A stretch of 64,000 nucleotides of DNA from Neodothiora populina. Lineage: Eukaryota. Positions 61,043-64,000 of the stretch are shown in pieces (the first letter of the stretch is position 1; each line of letters opens with the position of its first letter). Under the pieces are notes generated by a model, which saw only the letters and a list, made by a program, of their open reading frames with translations, did no database searches and was not told the DNA's origin. Made by a program: the position numbers and the translations under genes. The stretch lies in the NCBI RefSeq assembly GCF_041146345.1, contig NW_027191413.1, forward strand, positions 1,054,001 through 1,118,000, given 5' to 3'.

Positions 61043-64000
61043 TGTTGCTGGCAGATCTAGACTGAGCCGCGCGATGCTCCTGAAAGGTAGTGTACAAGAA
61101 AAGATAGCAGACAAGCAAAGAAAATTGGGATCATGAACTTTTTAAGTCCATCCTACAGCATAGTGGGGCAATCAAGCCACCATCTGGTGTTGAAGGCATA
61201 TAGGCAGGGCTGCTATCGGAAACATGAGACGGGATTTCTTGTGAGATCCGGTACCGTTGTCGTAGTGGCCTTACCTCGCGCGAAACAGGTCCATACAAAC
61301 CAGCAGCGCAAAAAGCGACAGCTTGAACGACCTACCATGGGTTTCATATAAGAGATGGGTGTCATATGAAACCGCAGAGCTACTGGATTTCCATAAGGCT
61401 TATCGCTATAACACAGCACCCATGCCCATTCTGGAAGGTTAGAAGGAAGTTCGATCTACATGCTGCGTCTTCGACAGGCTCTGGTGGAAGTCGCGTATGA
61501 TCTGCAAGCTGACTATTGGGAGTTTCTGGTGTAACAAGACGTCGTCTCCCGGTTGTCGGCCGACAACCGCACAAGGTTATCTGATATGTGCACCGTGCCC
61601 CTTTACCTTGACAATGGCAGACACGTGGGGAGGCGATGTTGCCATTTTAGCGCCGACTTGCGTACTCCAAAACTCACCTTTGGTCGACGAACAATGGGAG
61701 TTTACGGTAACATGGCCAGCATACGGCTGAGATTCCACGCCAAAATTTTCCTTCCGTAGATGCCAAGTCCCTACGCGTGGGCAAATAAGTATCACCGAGA
61801 AGCAAAGTCTGTCTTCTGCGGATAGGCCGCTCGAGGACAGTATCCTTTGGTAGGTCTCTAGATCCAAATTGGCGACGACCGCCCCAACGTGTGGTTGCAG
61901 GTTGATTCTTTGGTGATGTGAGGATGCTTAGGGCTGCAAGCGACTTCCGTCTCCGCACCCTGCAGGAGTCCGAAGCCCCACTTTCAGACGACATGGTATC
62001 CGCGCTTCACACAACGTCAAGCAGTCCATCGCTGATGTTTTCCTCAATTACGCCGGTTGAGACAGGGCGTTTCCATTCAAAAAGAGTGCTGATAAAGCAG
62101 TATACCTGATGGTTCCGATCGGATGAGACACCTTACAGTACGACATACGTGACCGACGTCAACCAATTGTCCGATGGTGTACTTATATTTCTCCGGCTGT
62201 TGCGACCGAGTCTTGCTCTGCAATAGCGGACTACTATGTATATTGCAACTTGCCAAATGGTTGTCAAGTTTCCGAAGATATCCGTAGATGGACACGACTT
62301 CACAATGAATGAGGCGAAGAACTAATTCCACTTACATTATCCCGATGCGATGCGAATTGCGGCTCTCTCACACACCATACTGGACCTCGAAGACATGTGC
62401 TGTATATTGTTTATAGGTCGCTTACTGAACGTTGTTACTGATCGACACTTTCGACTAATGGATAGTGCGCGCCTTATAGCATTATACAAGTACTGGAAAT
62501 CCGAAGTCTCTAAAGCATATGAGATTCAGAGGATAAGATTACCGGCAGCCATTAGCCGGATCCTTGGGACCGTATAGCTGGGACACAAACGATTCGGTCC
62601 CATCTGTCAGTGTTTCGCTACCGGGACTACGCACACAGATCTGCAGGGACTGCAGAGTAACATGCCGCACGTGAGATCTCTATTGAGAAGTAGAACTCGT
62701 GTTTTCGAACTTCGCAAGTGCCTATATGGTGCACTAAAGGCCTGTTTTCGTCGCTCCCCTCTCGCTGGAGATTCGTAAAGTAGTTGTATCTCGTGTAATC
62801 GTGACCTTGACATCTTGCTTCTCCTTGCCTTTATGTCCCTTCTGTCGTCTTCTAATGCCAGACCGCCTGCAGAAAACGCCGCTTTCCTCAAGGTGAATCT
62901 TCACGATCAAATCTGTCTGCAAGCGTCTTTCGGAGACGTAGAGCAATAGCAGTCAGAAGAGTCTCGATCGCGTCCAAATCATCGGTTCTCTTGCAGCTTT
63001 TCTCGACGTGACCCTTGGATGTCCGTTCAAGCATCACAACTGGTGGCTGTGGTTGAATAACGGCGGCAGTGCTGTACCATTCCACAGGACCATTACGTCG
63101 TGTCATGACAACATTTACATCGTTGTAGCCGCCAAAGAGCACCTTCGCGTTGACTGTTGTCTGTTAGTTCGCTGAAGGACTCATCTTCGGATAAGAGTGC
63201 TCTGTGTAAAAATTTGGCAAGAGTCGATTCCACGATAAGACTCACTAATAGCCAATTCGATTAGGCTCATGATTCAGTGTAGGTAGCCATGTTTGTCACG
63301 GTAGAGTTGCCTCGACTAAACACGTTCATTAGTCGATGTATGCAGTGAGCTCAATGCTGTTACGACTTACTTCTTTTAGTGCGGTGTATTGATGCTTTAG
63401 CGTTGGCTGAGTTGTCTCCACGAGCATGCGTTTATGTGCAGTGTAGAGAGAAGAAGGATGGTCTGTAAGAAGAAAGGTGCTGTAAATAGAAGGGGTGAGT
63501 TGCTGTAGTGCACAGTAACTTTGTTCTACTCACTTTCACTCTACATGCGTGTCCATGTTTGCCTTGACTTGACATCTTGCATGAAACTTAGCAAGTGAAG
63601 TCTGTTGTTTGCTTACTCAGAGGCCTAGTAACAAGAAATGAAGACCATCGATAGACACGTCTCCAAAAAAAATGTTTCGCTACATCTAGGACACAACCGA
63701 CTGTGGCGCATCCATCAGTGTTTCCACCTGCCTGTCTACTACCAGGGTTGCACATACAGAACTGCAGGGACGACAGTGTGATGTCCTACACACGGGACAC
63801 TAATTGACGATTGGAATCATGTTGCATCTTTAGCATGTTGCCTTCAATGCTGAAAGCAAAGTCTGCTCTGGTTTTCATTCTTTAGATGTAGATTCCTGAG
63901 GTCCTTCCACGGCATCGCATCGTAGATTCGACACGGTAATCTTCTTGTGGTCGATCAGCCCCTTTGGTGATCCCAGCTTCACCTCTTTTATTCGACCTTG

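Noticed and set aside
62600..63142. Short minus-strand ORFs near the window end
   Set aside because: No motifs, several stops, no supportable exon model.
1..64000. Prokaryote-style systems (CRISPR, operons, prophage) and intact transposons
   Set aside because: The sequence is spliceosomal-intron-containing fungal DNA; no repeat-spacer arrays or RT/integrase/transposase ORFs were found.

Overview
Gene-dense, intron-rich eukaryotic DNA from a filamentous ascomycete (Pezizomycotina). Short GT-AG introns with CTRAC/CTAAY branch sites support this; a Eurotiomycete/black-yeast affinity is my impression and is not demonstrated. About 25 genes are present, and exon structures were reconstructed by hand. 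Conserved housekeeping genes: MKT1, SAF1-like F-box/RCC1, LSG1, HIS3, RPC19, NDUFA6, BUD31, HEM1, a Sep1/Hcm1-type forkhead factor, an SDR, MMM1, external NADH dehydrogenase, glyoxalase II, POT1, importin-alpha and a Dal5-type MFS permease. These are interleaved with accessory or orphan genes. The most unusual items are: (1) an O6-alkylguanine alkyltransferase fused to an uncharacterised ~100-aa 'WPVxxDHCFARIILDN...RGK' domain; (2) a 4-exon, 765-aa gene joining a HeLo-like/STAND N-terminal helical domain, an AIG1/GIMAP-like GTPase, a coiled coil and an N/G-rich tail, a possible immune or cell-death protein; (3) a doubly frameshifted Tri101-like acetyltransferase; (4) an orphan ending in a SUMO-like domain without di-Gly; (5) a 54-nt in-frame intron-or-insertion in importin-alpha. 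I saw no intact transposons, rRNA, tRNA or CRISPR arrays. No database searches were run; family assignments come from recognised motifs.
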